Below, one piece after another: positions 26,848-38,670 of a DNA stretch of 64,000 nt (positions are counted from its first letter, which is position 1; every line of letters starts with the position of its first letter). This DNA comes from Chiloscyllium plagiosum. Taxonomy: Eukaryota. The translations under genes were made by a program, and so were the position numbers. The stretch lies in the NCBI RefSeq assembly GCF_004010195.1, contig NC_057719.1, positions 70,730,692 to 70,794,691 on the forward strand, read 5' to 3'. The notes beneath the pieces were generated by a model. It saw nothing but the letters and a program-made list of their open reading frames with translations. It did not search any database and had not been told where the DNA came from.

Positions 26848-27965
26848 ACATGCGTGAGGTGGTTTGCTCTCCATGGTGTAGCTGCACTCTTGCAGCCTCT
26901 GGGCTATGAGAGCCACTGCCTGCCACATTCCTGTTACTCTCTGTGCTTGTGGATGAAGTCCCTGATTGCTGACACCACATGGGCCTCTCCTGCCTGGTGC
27001 TGAGCGGGAGCCTGGTCTCCAGCAGTCCTCTGAGTGCCAGTGGCCTGATGTGCTTTTATTTTGGTCAGCTTCAGAGCTGTCAGAGTGAGACACTCATAAT
27101 ATCGTACTGCCAAACCTTCAAATTGTGATGTTCCCACTGACCTGTCCATATTAGATCTTATAGCGCAGGCTGCAGGAGGCAGCTTTGTCGATGCTTCCCC
27201 TGAGCTCGCAGTATTCTTTTCCTCAAAAGTCCAAGGACATTGGTTCTAATGAAGCAGGTCATTTCTCCACCGAGGTTATGGACATCCCAATGGCAGCCAA
27301 AGACACAAGGGAGAGAAGGTGTTGTGCCATGTTTTAAAAAGGGTGTGCAATGATAGTGGGGTCACTGTGAGAGTTGCAATGGAATGAAGATGTATTTACT
27401 CGGTTGAAGGAACATGGATGGGTCAGCATTGCCAGAGTAACAGTCCTGGTCTTCATAACAGTTGGTGTTATCTCCTCATTGTGGATGAGGAGCTATATGT
27501 TGAGCAGCCTTCCACCCACCCAGGCCCTTTCTGCCCTTTGGTAGGCTGTTCTCTCCTGGAATGAGAGAAAATGAAAGATTGAGTGAGATGAAAGTGAGTG
27601 GCATGGCTGTTAATGCTGTTGCAAATGGTAAAAGTTTGATTTTTTTTATTGTCATGTATCAAGATACAGTGAAAAGTGTTGTATTGTGTGTTATACAGGC
27701 AGATTGTACCATAAACATGCATCAGGGTTGCAGAATAGAGTGCAAAATGCAGCTTTACAGCCACAGAGGAGGTGCAGAGAGCACGATTAACATTAACATT
27801 TGAGAGGTCCGTGCAAAGGTCTGATAACACCAGGGAAGAAGCGGTTCTTGAATCTGTTTGAATGTGTATTCAAACTTGTATATCTTCTGCCTGACAAAAA
27901 GAGGGTGGAAGAACGTACAACTGGGGTGGGAGGGGTCTTTGATTATTGTGGCTGCTTTCCTGAGG

Positions 27966-28061
27966 ATGTCCTGAAGAAAGGTTATAACTAAAACGTTGAC
28001 TTCTCCACCTGCTGATGCTGCCTGGCTTGCTGTGATCTTCCAGCCTCATGTTTGTCCACTT
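27966..28061 (+). mobile_element. 96-bp Penelope-derived insertion with degenerate hammerhead
   Basis: 13-bp TSD TGCTTTCCTGAGG (27953-27965 and 28062-28074). Reads GUC-CUGAAGA-...-AAAACGUU-GAC. Confidence 0.82.
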
Positions 28062-29244
28062 TGCTTTCCTGAGGGAATGGGAAGTGTAGATAGAGTCAGT
28101 GGATGGAAGACTGGTTTGTGTGATGGACTGAGTAGTGTTCATGGCCTTCCGTATTTTCTTTCATTCTTCGGAAGAGCAATTGCCATTCCACACTGCGACG
28201 CATCCAGAGAGGATGCTTTCTATGGTGCATCTAACGGTAAGAGTCATTGTGGACTTGCTGAATTTCCTTAGCCGCCTGAGGAAGTAGAGGCATCGTTGTA
28301 CTTTCTTGACTATTGAATCAATATGGGTGTACTGGGACAGACTGTTGGTGATCGTCAAGCCCAGGAACTTAATGCTGTGGACTATCTCCACCTCAGCACC
28401 ACTGATGCAGACAGGGGTGTGCCCTCCACTCCACTTCCTGAAAGTCAATGACCAGCTCCTTCATTTTGCTGACAGTGAGGGAGTAGGTTGTTGTCTTTAC
28501 GTCATGCCACTAAGCACTCAATCTCTTTCCTGTATTCTGTCTTGTCATTGTTTGAGATCTGACCTATAACGGAGGCATCATCAGCAAACTTGAAAATGGT
28601 GTTGGGACGGAATTTGGCCACTCAACTGGAGTGTATAAGGAGTATAGTATGGGGCTAAGTACACCGCCTTTGGAGCACCAGCGCTGGGGATTATGGTGAA
28701 GGAGGTGTTGTCGCCTATTCTTCCTAATTGCAGTCCGCGGGTCAGGAAGTTAAGAATCCAGTTATGGGGGAGTGGGGCCAAGTCCTAGGTCTTGGAGTTT
28801 AGAGATAAGTTTGCATGGAATTATGGTGTTGAAGGCAGAACTGTAGTCAATAAGTAGAAGCCTAACGCAGGTATTCTTGTTACCCAGAAGATCCAGGGAT
28901 GGGTGTAGGCCAGGGCGATGGCATCTGCTCTGGACCTGTTGCACTTGTGGGCAGATTGCAAAGGATTAAGACAATCCGGGAGGCTGGAGCTGATGTGAGC
29001 CATGACTAATATCTCAAATTACTTCATAATTATGGAGGTGAGAGCCAGCAGGCGGTAGTCATTGAGGCATGTTATATGATTTCTCTTTGGCAGGAGATGA
29101 TGGTAGTCTTCATGAAGCAAGTGGGCATTTCAGATCATAGTAAATAGAGGTTAAAGATATCTCTGAAAAGTCCTGCCAATTGGTCCGTGCAGAGTCTGGA
29201 TTCACAGCCAGGGACTCCATCTGGGCCAGTTGCTTTCCAGAGGT

Positions 29245-29373
29245 GAAAGTGAGGTCTGCAGATGCTGGAGATCAAAGTTGAAACTTTATTGCTGGAACAG
29301 CACAGCAGGTCAGGCAGCATCCAGGGAACAGGAGATTCGACGTTTCGGGCACAGGCCCTTCTTCAGGAACCCC
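29245..29373 (-). mobile_element. 129-bp Penelope-derived insertion with intact minimal hammerhead
   Basis: 10-bp TSD TTCCAGAGGT (29235-29244 and 29374-29383). It interrupts the Rex/Babar frame. Confidence 0.9.
29332..29373 (-). ncRNA. Minimal type I hammerhead ribozyme motif (PLE-type)
   Basis: GGGGUUC-CUGAAGA-A-GGGC-CUGU-GCCC-GAAAC-GUC-GAAUCUC: full conserved core, 4-bp stem II, palindromic ACGU in place of stem III, and a 7-bp stem I including two G-U pairs. Confidence 0.75.
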
Positions 29374-32016
29374 TTCCAGAGGTTCACACTCAAGAAGGTC
29401 TGGGAGCAGTGACCATTGGTACAGATGCATCTGAGGCTGTTGGGATAGGTGTTATTTTTTCCCTGATTTTCTGTCAAAGCAAGCATAGAATGCATTGAGC
29501 TCATCAGAGAGGGATGCATTATTGTCAATGATTCTGTTCAACTTCGCTTTGTAGCCTGTTGTGTCATGTAAGCCTGCTCCAAATGACAGGTGTCCATGTG
29601 GTTGGTCTAGGTCTCAAGCTCAGTTTGAGACCTTGGCTTTCTCTTCTTCTTGGCTTTCTGATGGCCTTATGAAGGTCATACCTGGATTTCCTGTATAGGT
29701 CAGGTTTACCCAATTTGAGCACCACAGTCCTGGACTTCAGTAGTTTGTGGATCTCTCAGTTCATCCATGGTTTCCGGTTAGGGAACATTCGGGTTAACTT
29801 CTTTGACACGGTCATCTGCACACTTACTAATGAAGTCTGTTACGATAGTGGCATACTTGTTTAGATTGGCCACTCAGTTCTTGAATATGGACCAGTCCAC
29901 TGATTATAAGCAGTCCCATAGAAGCTCTTCCATTGCCTCAGACCAATACGGCACTACTTTCTGTACTGGATCCTCATGCTCCAATTTCTGCTTGTAAGCC
30001 AGGAGGAAGAGCACAGCACTGTGCTCTGATTTTCCAAAATGCGGATGGGGGATGGAGCGGTAGCCATCTTTGATGGCTGCATACCAATGATCAAAGATGG
30101 TCCTGCTGGGACAGGAGGTGTATTGATGGTATTTTGGTAGCACGTTTTGAAGTTGGCCTGGTTGAAGTCACCAGCTATGATGAACAAGGCCTCGAGCTAT
30201 TCTGTCTCAAGACTGCTTGCAGCATTGTATACTACATCAAGTGCACTCTTGACTTCCACATGGGATGAGATGTCAAGGTAGCAGAAGTGAACTCGCATGC
30301 CAAGTGGTAGGGATGGCACTTCACTTGGGTATTCTTCACTTAGGGGAGCAGTAACTCAGCAAGGTCACCACATCTGAGCACCATGTGGTGTCGATCAGAA
30401 GACAGACCCCTCTGCCCCTTGGCTTGGCTGAGGACACTGGGCAGACATTCAGTGAACTGAGAAACCCTCTGGTTGCGTTGCACCATCTGGTGTAGCAGGA
30501 GTGAGTCATGTCTCTGTAAAACAGGGAACACAGCAGTCTCTCAATTCCCTTTGGAAGGTGAATCTAGCTCTGAGGTCATCCATCTTGTTTTCAATGGCTT
30601 GGATGTTTACCAAGAATATGCTGGGGCAGGATGACTTGAAACCCGAAATTTTCAGTCTCACCTGAAGTCCAGCCTGTCTCCCACTTTTCCTGGATAAATG
30701 GCTGCTCCTAGTCGATCCCGGGCGTCGGTGAGGGAAGTCTGCTGCTCTGAGAGGTAAATGTGTGTGCCTGGTGGGGTCCTGGGCACAGGGGGAGTGGGGA
30801 GGGGGGTGCCTTATGGTTGATTTGGTCTGGCTTCCTCCATGTCAGGTCACTGTGGGGTCAGGTCTTGTTCCTGCATTGGTTAGACCTCGGTTCTGTGTTT
30901 CCACGGGTTCAGGCCTGTGAGAGGTCAGAATACCCCTGATCTCTCTGGGCTTGCGGGTCCAGTGTTGGCAAGGTAACTGGGTGAGGCCGATGGGATCCTG
31001 GGCACACGTCACATTCACAAGTGTTCCTGGCGGGGGGAGGGTCTTGTGATTGCTTCATCGGGCCACTTCAATGTCGGGTCACAGTGAGGTCAGGTCTTGT
31101 TCCTGCACAGATCACGCCTCAGTTCCAGGTTTTGAGGTCAAACTTGTGAGAGGACAGACAGCCTCTGATCTCTCTGGACTTGCCTCCAGCATCATTCCAG
31201 CGTCGGTAATCGAGCCTCATCGGTTGGAGGACCCTCAAACCTGAAAATAGATTTAAGAAAAGATTGTAATTCTAATAGACTTAGAATTGAGGTTTAGAAG
31301 AGAAGAACGATTGTAAGAAATGTAAGATATGATATGTTATAGACAGCTCTCAAAATGTCACCCTGCTCCTTCGTCACCTTGGACAGTTTTTACAATCTAT
31401 GGTGTCCCTGGTGAGTGAGTAGGCAGCACAGAGGCCATGCAGGGTTAGGGGTCAGGAAGACTGGGAACAAACAAGCTTGAGCAAGGGAAGAGTTTGAAGG
31501 AATTAGTGAGCATGGCAGAACATGTGCTTTTGTTGGAGGTGGATGCAGGAGCAGAGATAATGTGAGGGTGAGATAGAAGAGACAAGAGTGTAGCACTCAA
31601 TCTTGGTGGAGCAGAGGTGGGCATTAATCTTATGGCACTAATGGCTATACCTCCACACTGTAGAGACTGCACTGACCTGGGTGACAACCCTACACTGGGA
31701 TGCCAGAGTCTGGTGTTGCAGTCCTCTGTCAGTCTTCCAGGAAATGGACCAGAATCACCATGCCATCTTCCCCTTCTTTGACACCTTGACCATTTCAGTC
31801 TGTCACTAAGTATGCCAGCTTTGGAATGCGAGAGTTCACTAAGGTATGAAGCTGCCAGGGCTGCTGGTCTACTGATGGATATCCCATCATGGCAAATTCT
31901 TCTGGGGACAGCGTGTGCTGAGATTGAGATAGAATCGGATAGTAGGGGTGCCATTGTGTTAGGATTCATAGTTAATGAGGTGGGGAACAATTTAGGAAGA
32001 TATGACATGCTATCAT

Positions 32017-32296
32017 GGGTGGCACGGTGGCTCAGTGGTTAATACTGCTGCCTCATAGCACCAGGGACCCGGGAGTTTGCACATTCTCCCTATGTCTGAG
32101 TGGATTTCCTCTCACAATCCAAAGATATGCAGGTTAGGGTGAATTGGCCGTGCTAGATTTCCCATAACGTTAAGTGTGTTAGTCAGGGGTAAATATAAGG
32201 TAAGGGACTAGGTTTGGGTGAGTTACTCTTCGGACAGTCAGTGTGGACTTGGACTGAAGGCCTGTTTCCACACTGTAGGGAATCTAATCTAATCTC
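32017..32296 (+). mobile_element. HE1-type SINE (internally deleted, older)
   Basis: GGGTGGCACGGTGGCTCAGTGGTT...GAAGGCCTGTTTCCACACTGTAGGGAATCTAATCTAATC. Confidence 0.88.
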
Positions 32297-32619
32297 ACTT
32301 GGCCTTATGATGAGAAACCATCCAAAAAAGCTGAGAAAATTAATATTTAACAGAAGAAACTAAGATTCAGGCCAATTTTCTTTTTCCAGTGAGACTAACC
32401 TTGTGAATATTACGACACAGTTGTCAGGTTCAGCGCAGTGCCGAAGTAAGTTTATTTTAGTTTATTATAACATCAATTTTGATAGGTGAATGACTTCCAA
32501 GACAAGCTGCACCATACCTTGGTGAGCACGGCTGCTTTCTGCCATGTTTAACCTTCTGGCCTTCGGAGGTGCTGCCTCCTCTACCCAGTAAGACAGTGGC
32601 AGGCCTCAACATGACTTTT

Positions 32620-32745
32620 GTCTGCCCTAAGAAGGATTATACCAGAAAAGTTGACTTCTCCACTTCCTAATGCTGCCTGGCTTGCTTTGTTCCTCTAGCG
32701 TCTTGCTTGTCTACCTTCGAATTCAGTGTCTGGAGTTTTTTTGTC
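32620..32745 (+). mobile_element. Degenerate Penelope-derived short repeat (same subfamily as 27966-28061)
   Basis: CTAAGAAGG...AAAGTTGACTTCTCCAC..CCT.ATGCTGCCTGGCTTGCT is shared with 27971-28050. Confidence 0.65.
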
Positions 32746-35700
32746 TCTGATGTTGCTACTTATGTTAGGCAGGCAGCTCTCTCACCTTCTCAGTGAGTTC
32801 CATACCCAACTGACCTCCTGCCCAATTAGGACATACAAATTCAAAATCACATTGTAACATCAAGACAGCTGAAGTCCAAGGTCAGGACCCAGAATTTGTC
32901 TGAATGTCAGGTTCCCTAACCTGCTTTTTAAATTGGCTCAATATCAATAAGCTTTCATGAGAATTAATCTTGACAAAGCAATTCTAATTAAATGCTATGT
33001 ACACTCTCTCCATAGATGCTGCTGCACACATTTTTTATTTATCCTCTCAAGGGACGTGGGTGTTGCTGGCTGGCCAGTATTTATTGCCTTTGAGAAGCTG
33101 ATGGTGAGCTGTCTTCTTGAACGTGCTTAATGTTTCCAGCATTGTCTTCAGGAATCAGCATTTTCTGTGTTAATCATTTTCCTCTTTTGATACAATCCTT
33201 AACTCCTCTTGTTATCTATAGTTGACCCACTTGTCCTTTGAGACTTTTAGCTGCAAAGAAATGTATATTTGCTGTAAATTATGTTTCATGTATGTACTGC
33301 AATATTTATCGATGTACTTCCCCATCAACATTTGCCACGTCATAATTGTGCAGTATGTATCTAAATAAAATAATCAGAAATTATTAAATCACTTTCAAAT
33401 TTTTTTGTTTATCACTTTTTTTGTTTATAACCTCAATTTATTTACACAACAGTCATTTGCAAATTGCAACTCTTCTAGAATTTAGTTTTTGGAAGTCTTG
33501 TGTTTTGGTTTCATTTTGAGGGTCCACATACTTACCGCTCGATAGAAATTGTTTCCCATTATTTTGGATTCTGAAACATCAATGTCGTATCTAAGATTTC
33601 AGAAAACAAAGAGAAATGGCCATTCTATCTTTGACTTTGTTACCTCCAAAGAACACTGATGTACAATTCGTTCTCCTTTAATTTTCAATGAAGGCAAATA
33701 ACCATAGGTAAAATGTTTGCAAAGATTAATTTCAGTACAATGTCTCCCTGACTCCTGAAGACAATTAAACAAGCAGTATCTAATCTAATTTACAAAGTAA
33801 TGATGTAACTGTTCTATCTTAAAGTTCAAAGTCATTGGCCTAATATTAAAAAGTCTCTTGTGCCAATATATGAATCACTCACTGAAGTTAGCATGATATT
33901 AAGTTATAAAGCAATCTCAATCATTTTTGTCATCACACATGACCTAAACACATCCCAAAAATGACAGTGGTCAGATTTTGTCCTACAATAACTTAATGAT
34001 GGGAGTATAAATTTTCAATACTTTGTCACTCTGCTATTATAAATCATTTTTTGAATGGTTCAGTAAATCTCAAATTATTTTTAATTACAGGTCAATATAT
34101 CTCCTTCCTACCTTTTTAATAAGAGGAATAACTGAATCCATCGCTGGAACTGTAAATATTGGAGAATATTTAGTGGGTGTGGCTGAAGGATAACTGTATA
34201 GATAGTGGGGCTTTTTCACTAAGTTGTGACTTTGATTATAAAAATGTTTTACATTTTTACAGAGTATAAAATACATCGGGATCTGAAATATTGGTCTGTA
34301 TTGCACATGATACCACATGTACAGCTTCATATTGAGAAAACAGAGATAGAAGGTTGTTATTTGTAGGGCCCTGAGGCTTGTCAGACAATAATGGACATGA
34401 TATTGCAGGAGAACTTCGACAGGAGAATTCACAAAGGAATGATCTGTATGATGATCAATGTTCAGGCACATCTTTTATTATAAATGAATGGTTTCTGTAA
34501 ATGCAAACAGTTGCTAATCACTTGCATCAGATTTGTGGTGTTTCGGTTACATTTCTGGCTGTTCATTCATCTGTACACTTCTCCTTGGGCTGAGTACGCT
34601 AAACGAACTCAACAGCAGATGCTACAAGCTTGTACTACTTGTAGGCCCAATCATTTATTCTCAGTCACAATTCCCATTTCCAGCCCAGATCAGTTTTTAA
34701 TACAGTATTAAAGTTTATTGAGAAAGTCTCAACCAGAGTGGATAGAGGGGAACCAGTAGCTCTGATGTATTTGGATTTTCAGAAAGTGTTTGACAAGGCA
34801 CCTAACAAAGGTTAGGGTGGGGAGTAGTTCAGTGAGCATATGGGAGAAGGTAGGAGGGGAGAGTCAGGATATGGCTTGCTGTGAGTGACTGGGGGATCCA
34901 TTGGTGAATTGAGGGTGTTAGGTTTATATTTACCAGGAGATAGAGCTGGTTTTACACCTTTGACGGTTCATGGTACCTATCCAAGAAGTCAGTCAGAGCC
35001 ATCCCAATTTTCTGACTCTGATTCGTAGTTGGAGACTTTTACAAAGAATTCTGGATGCAGGAGAATTGTTTGTTGTATATTTAAACTTTCCATTAAATCT
35101 TTCAGAATCCAGAATATTTGGGCCATAATGTCCTCCAATAAGCTGAAGGACCATTGAATAGTTTTGGTTAACATAAACAAGGTTCGACATTACTAAAGGT
35201 ATTTACTACACCACACATCCAGATGCAGAATGCGTTAATGCTCATGGTATTTGTATTTGTCCACACATTAAATTGAGCCATGTTTATACTAAAATTATTG
35301 CCGTGAAAGAAATAGATGTGCACCATCTGACAAAATGGATATTGTCTGTTTTGTAGTCTCACGCTTGTGGTGTTTCTTTCCAAAGCATTTTAATTTCATT
35401 TTCCTAATGGAAGAAATAAGATCAATAATTAAAAACTGATCTCACTTCTATAATTGGCATAAGATTGGCCATGCCAGGTTATTGCATGTACAATGATGGC
35501 AAAATTCAATCCCATTGAAAATAATAATGAGCTTAAATCCAAAACTGTCTGTCAGAAAAACCTTCACTCTTAGGAGCTTTTTTGAAAAAAATGGTAACAT
35601 TACCAGAATACTGATAAAGAACAGAGAGACCCCATGCAGGGCACCATGTGAAACACAGAAGGAGACACCATAGTAGCAGTAATTTTCTGGGAAGTGACAT

Positions 35701-35851
35701 TAATTTTAGGCAATGGAATACTTCACACAGAAAGTTCATGTTTTTTTAAAGATGTTGTCAACACGGAGGGATCCAGTCACTGGCACAAACCTCAACATAA
35801 CCCCTCATGTGATGGAAGCTGAGGAAATCTCTAAAGAATCAGTATATCTAT

Positions 35852-36345
35852 TAGAGTCATGGAGTCATAGAGATGTACAGCACGGAAACAGAACCTTCGG
35901 TCCAACTCATCCATGCTGACCAAATATCCGAAACTAATCTAGTCCTATTTGCCAGCACTTGGCCCATATCCCTCCAAGCCCTTCCTATTCATATAGCCTT
36001 TCAAGGTGCCTTTTAAATACTGTAATTGTACCAGCCTTCACCACTTCCTCTGGCAGCTCATTCCACACTTGCCCCACCCTCTGTGTGAAGAAGTTGCCCC
36101 TTAGGTCCCTTTTAAGTTTTTCCTCTCTCACCCTAAAACTATGCCCTCTCGTTCTAGACTCTACAAGCCCAGGGAAAAGACCTTGTCTATTTGTCCTAAA
36201 CATACCCCTCATGATCTTATAAACCTCTACAAGGTCGCCCCTCAGCCTCTGACGCTCCAGGTAAAACAGCCTAATCAGCCTCTCCATATAGCTCAAACCC
36301 TGCAGTCCTGGCAACATCCTAGTAAATCTTTTCTGAACTCTTTCA
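35852..36345 (-). mobile_element. CR1 LINE 3' end
   Basis: ORF 35985-36317 reads RQRLRGDLVEVYKIMRG...SRTRGHSFRVR...RGNFFTQRVGQVWNELP. (AGAGTCAT)n tail. Confidence 0.92.
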
Positions 36346-36965
36346 AGTTGCTTATTCCAGTTGTAAAGAATGAGATTTGTGGGATTGTCTAAGTATCCAT
36401 GTCAGAGATCATACTGAGGGAGAATCTTACAGCATTTACAAAAATCACCATGCTCCCAATTCCTGAATTTTAATAATTCTAATCATAAAGATGCCTCAGG
36501 GCCAATGGAATGTTTTTCACTACTCTTGTTTGAGGTAAATACAGTTTAATATATTTGCAACACTGGGCTGAATTTTCCCATTTTGAAGAAATTTTTTTTT
36601 CAAATTGGATTCATCGCACCTTTTCCAGCATGGCTCATAGTAACTTTTCTCACATGTTCTTTCACTCTTCACCTCAGTAGTTATGCATTTGGGGTCTCTG
36701 GTGTCTGTTTCAAGGGGTCACTTGGAAGGAGAGATGGAAGTACTGGCGATATTGAAAGCTCAGTCGTACACTACATCAGACACTGAAAGCCCAAAGCAGC
36801 CCTTCGCATTGTAGTGCTGGGAAGACAAGTTTGCCACACGTTTGCTGACGGGGATCAGGACGTGCTGGCAGACAGGATCACGCAGAGGTAGACAGTGCTT
36901 TATCTCAGACTGACAAATGAGTCCACGCCACCAAACCCAGCCAGTCTGGACACAGATAGTTGCTT

Positions 36966-37233
36966 AGGTAAAAACAATGACTGCAGGTGCTGGAAACCAG
37001 AGTCTAGATTAGAGTGGTCCTGGAAAAGCACAGCAGTTCAGGCAGCATCTGAGGAGCAGTAAAATCGATGTTTTGGGCAAAAGCCCTATATTCCTGATGA
37101 AGGGCTTTTGCCCGAAATGTCGATTTAACTGCTACCTGTATTCCTGATGAAGGGCTTTTGCCCGAAACATTGATTTTACCACTCCTCGGATGCTGTCTGA
37201 ACTGCTGTGCTTTTCCAGCACCACTCTAATCTA
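36966..37233. mobile_element. Fold-back Penelope-derived insertion carrying a tandem hammerhead pair
   Basis: Perfect 17-bp TSD GACACAGATAGTTGCTT (36949-36965 and 37234-37250); inverted arms; 50-nt tandem unit at 37089-37188. Confidence 0.9.
37089..37176 (+). ncRNA. Tandem minimal hammerhead motifs
   Basis: CUGAUGA-A-GGGC-UUUU-GCCC-GAAAUGUC (37094-37121) and CUGAUGA-A-GGGC-UUUU-GCCC-GAAACAUU (37144-37171). Confidence 0.65.
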
Positions 37234-38350
37234 GACACAGATAGTTGCTTGTCAATGCTGTATCATGAGTAAAATGGAATGCACAGGAGTGCAGGAAGAA
37301 TATCAATGATCTTCTGCCTTCTGCAAAGGTAAATTCCACCACCTTTTCTGTGCTACCTCAAATTCACAAGGCAACCACATGTGTAACTCTGCCGCTCCAC
37401 ATCTCTCACTAGTGTTCATGGACTAAAATTCTCATTATCACCCCTCAAAGGCTCTCATCCTGAAAAACGAAATCTTTCTAAAGAAATACTTGAGCTGATT
37501 GGCAACATGCATGACGGATCAAGTGGGGAAGCATGGATTTCAATGTGTAATAAATCTAGAGAGTTTAGAGTTGATAAGGGGGAGTAAGTGAATGTGGTTT
37601 AGTTGACTTTCATGATGATTTGATAAGGTCCCATATAAGAGATTAGTATGTAAAATTAAAGTACACAGGGTTGCGCGTCATTGATTGACATTGGCAGACA
37701 GGAAATAAAGAGTAGGAATAAATGGGTCATTTTCTGAGTGGCAGCCAACGACCAGTGAGGATACCACAGGGATCTATGATCGGACATTAGCTTTTTAGAA
37801 TTTGTGCATCTCCAAATTTGTAACTGAGACAAAGCTGAATTGAAGGGTGATCTATGAAGAGGATGAGATTCTTCAGTGTGATTCAGACAAGTTGAGCAAA
37901 TGGAAGAATGCTTAGCAGATGGATTATAGTATGAAAAAATTTCCGATTATCCATTTAGGTAGCAAAATCAGGAGGCAGATTATTTGAATGGTAATAGATT
38001 AGGAAATGGGGAGGTGAAACAAGATCGAGGTGTTCTTGTACACCAAATGCTGAAAGTAAGCACGAAGTGCAACATGTGATGAATAAGACTAAATGGTGTC
38101 TTGGCTCCCATAGCAAGAAAATTCAAATATAGGAGCAGGAATGTCTTGCTGCAATTATACAGGGCCGTGGTGAGACTGCACCTGGAGTATTGTGTGCAGT
38201 TATGGTTTCCTTACCTGAGGAAGGATCTTCTGGCAATGGATGGAGTGTAACAAAAGTTTGCCAGACTGATTCCTTAGATGGCAGGACTGATGTATGAAGA
38301 GAGACTGGATTGTATCGGACTATTTTCACTGAAGTTTAGAAGATTGAGCG

Positions 38351-38630
38351 GACACCCGGGTTCAATTCCCGCCTCAGGCAACTGACTGTGTGGAGTTTGC
38401 ACGTTCTCCCCATGTCTGCGTGGGTTTCCTCCGGGTGCTCCGGTTTCCTCCCACAGTCCAAAGATGTGCAGGTCAGGTGAATTGGCCATGCTAAATTGCC
38501 CGTAGTGTTAGGTAAGGGGTAAATGTAGGGGTATGGGTGGGTTGCGCTTCGGCGGGTCGGTGTGGACTTGTTGGGCCGAAGGGCCTGTTTCCACACTGTA
38601 TGTAATCTAATCTAATCTAATCTAATCTAA
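38351..38630 (+). mobile_element. HE1-type SINE, 5'-truncated, young
   Basis: Begins just before the B box (CCCGGGTTCAATTCCC), is nearly identical to 24780-25100, and ends in (TAATC)5. Confidence 0.92.
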
Positions 38631-38670
38631 AAACCTCATAGAAACCTGTAATATTCTAACAGGACTAGGC

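Larger units (their letters stand above)
27634..31250 (-). mobile_element. Rex1/Babar-type LINE, near full length, decayed, with two Penelope-derived insertions
   Basis: [90 protein letters not shown] and QRCLYFLRRLRKF. The 3' UTR matches the 14226 copy. Confidence 0.9.
36565..37340 (+). pseudogene. Harbinger-associated Myb/SANT-like remnant, interrupted by a Penelope fold-back
   Basis: Starts at TIR-like GGGCTGAATTTT. After excising the insertion it reads WTQIVA/VNAVS*VKWNAQECRKNINDLLPSAK followed by GTAAAT, paralleling 13606-13663. Confidence 0.65.

Noticed and set aside
31445..32008. 187-aa minus-strand ORF, and the 160-aa ORF at 23237-23719
   Set aside because: No recognisable domain. 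Probably decayed transposon-derived sequence, possibly Harbinger-associated.
34264..34351. Plus-strand AG-flanked frame EYKIHRDLKYWSVLHMIPHVQLHIEKTEIE containing kinase-like HRDLK
   Set aside because: It lacks the following xxN and DFG motifs, has a weak donor (GTTGTT) and no other kinase exons are visible, so it is probably chance. A minus-strand open stretch at ~34262-34445 is equally unsupported.
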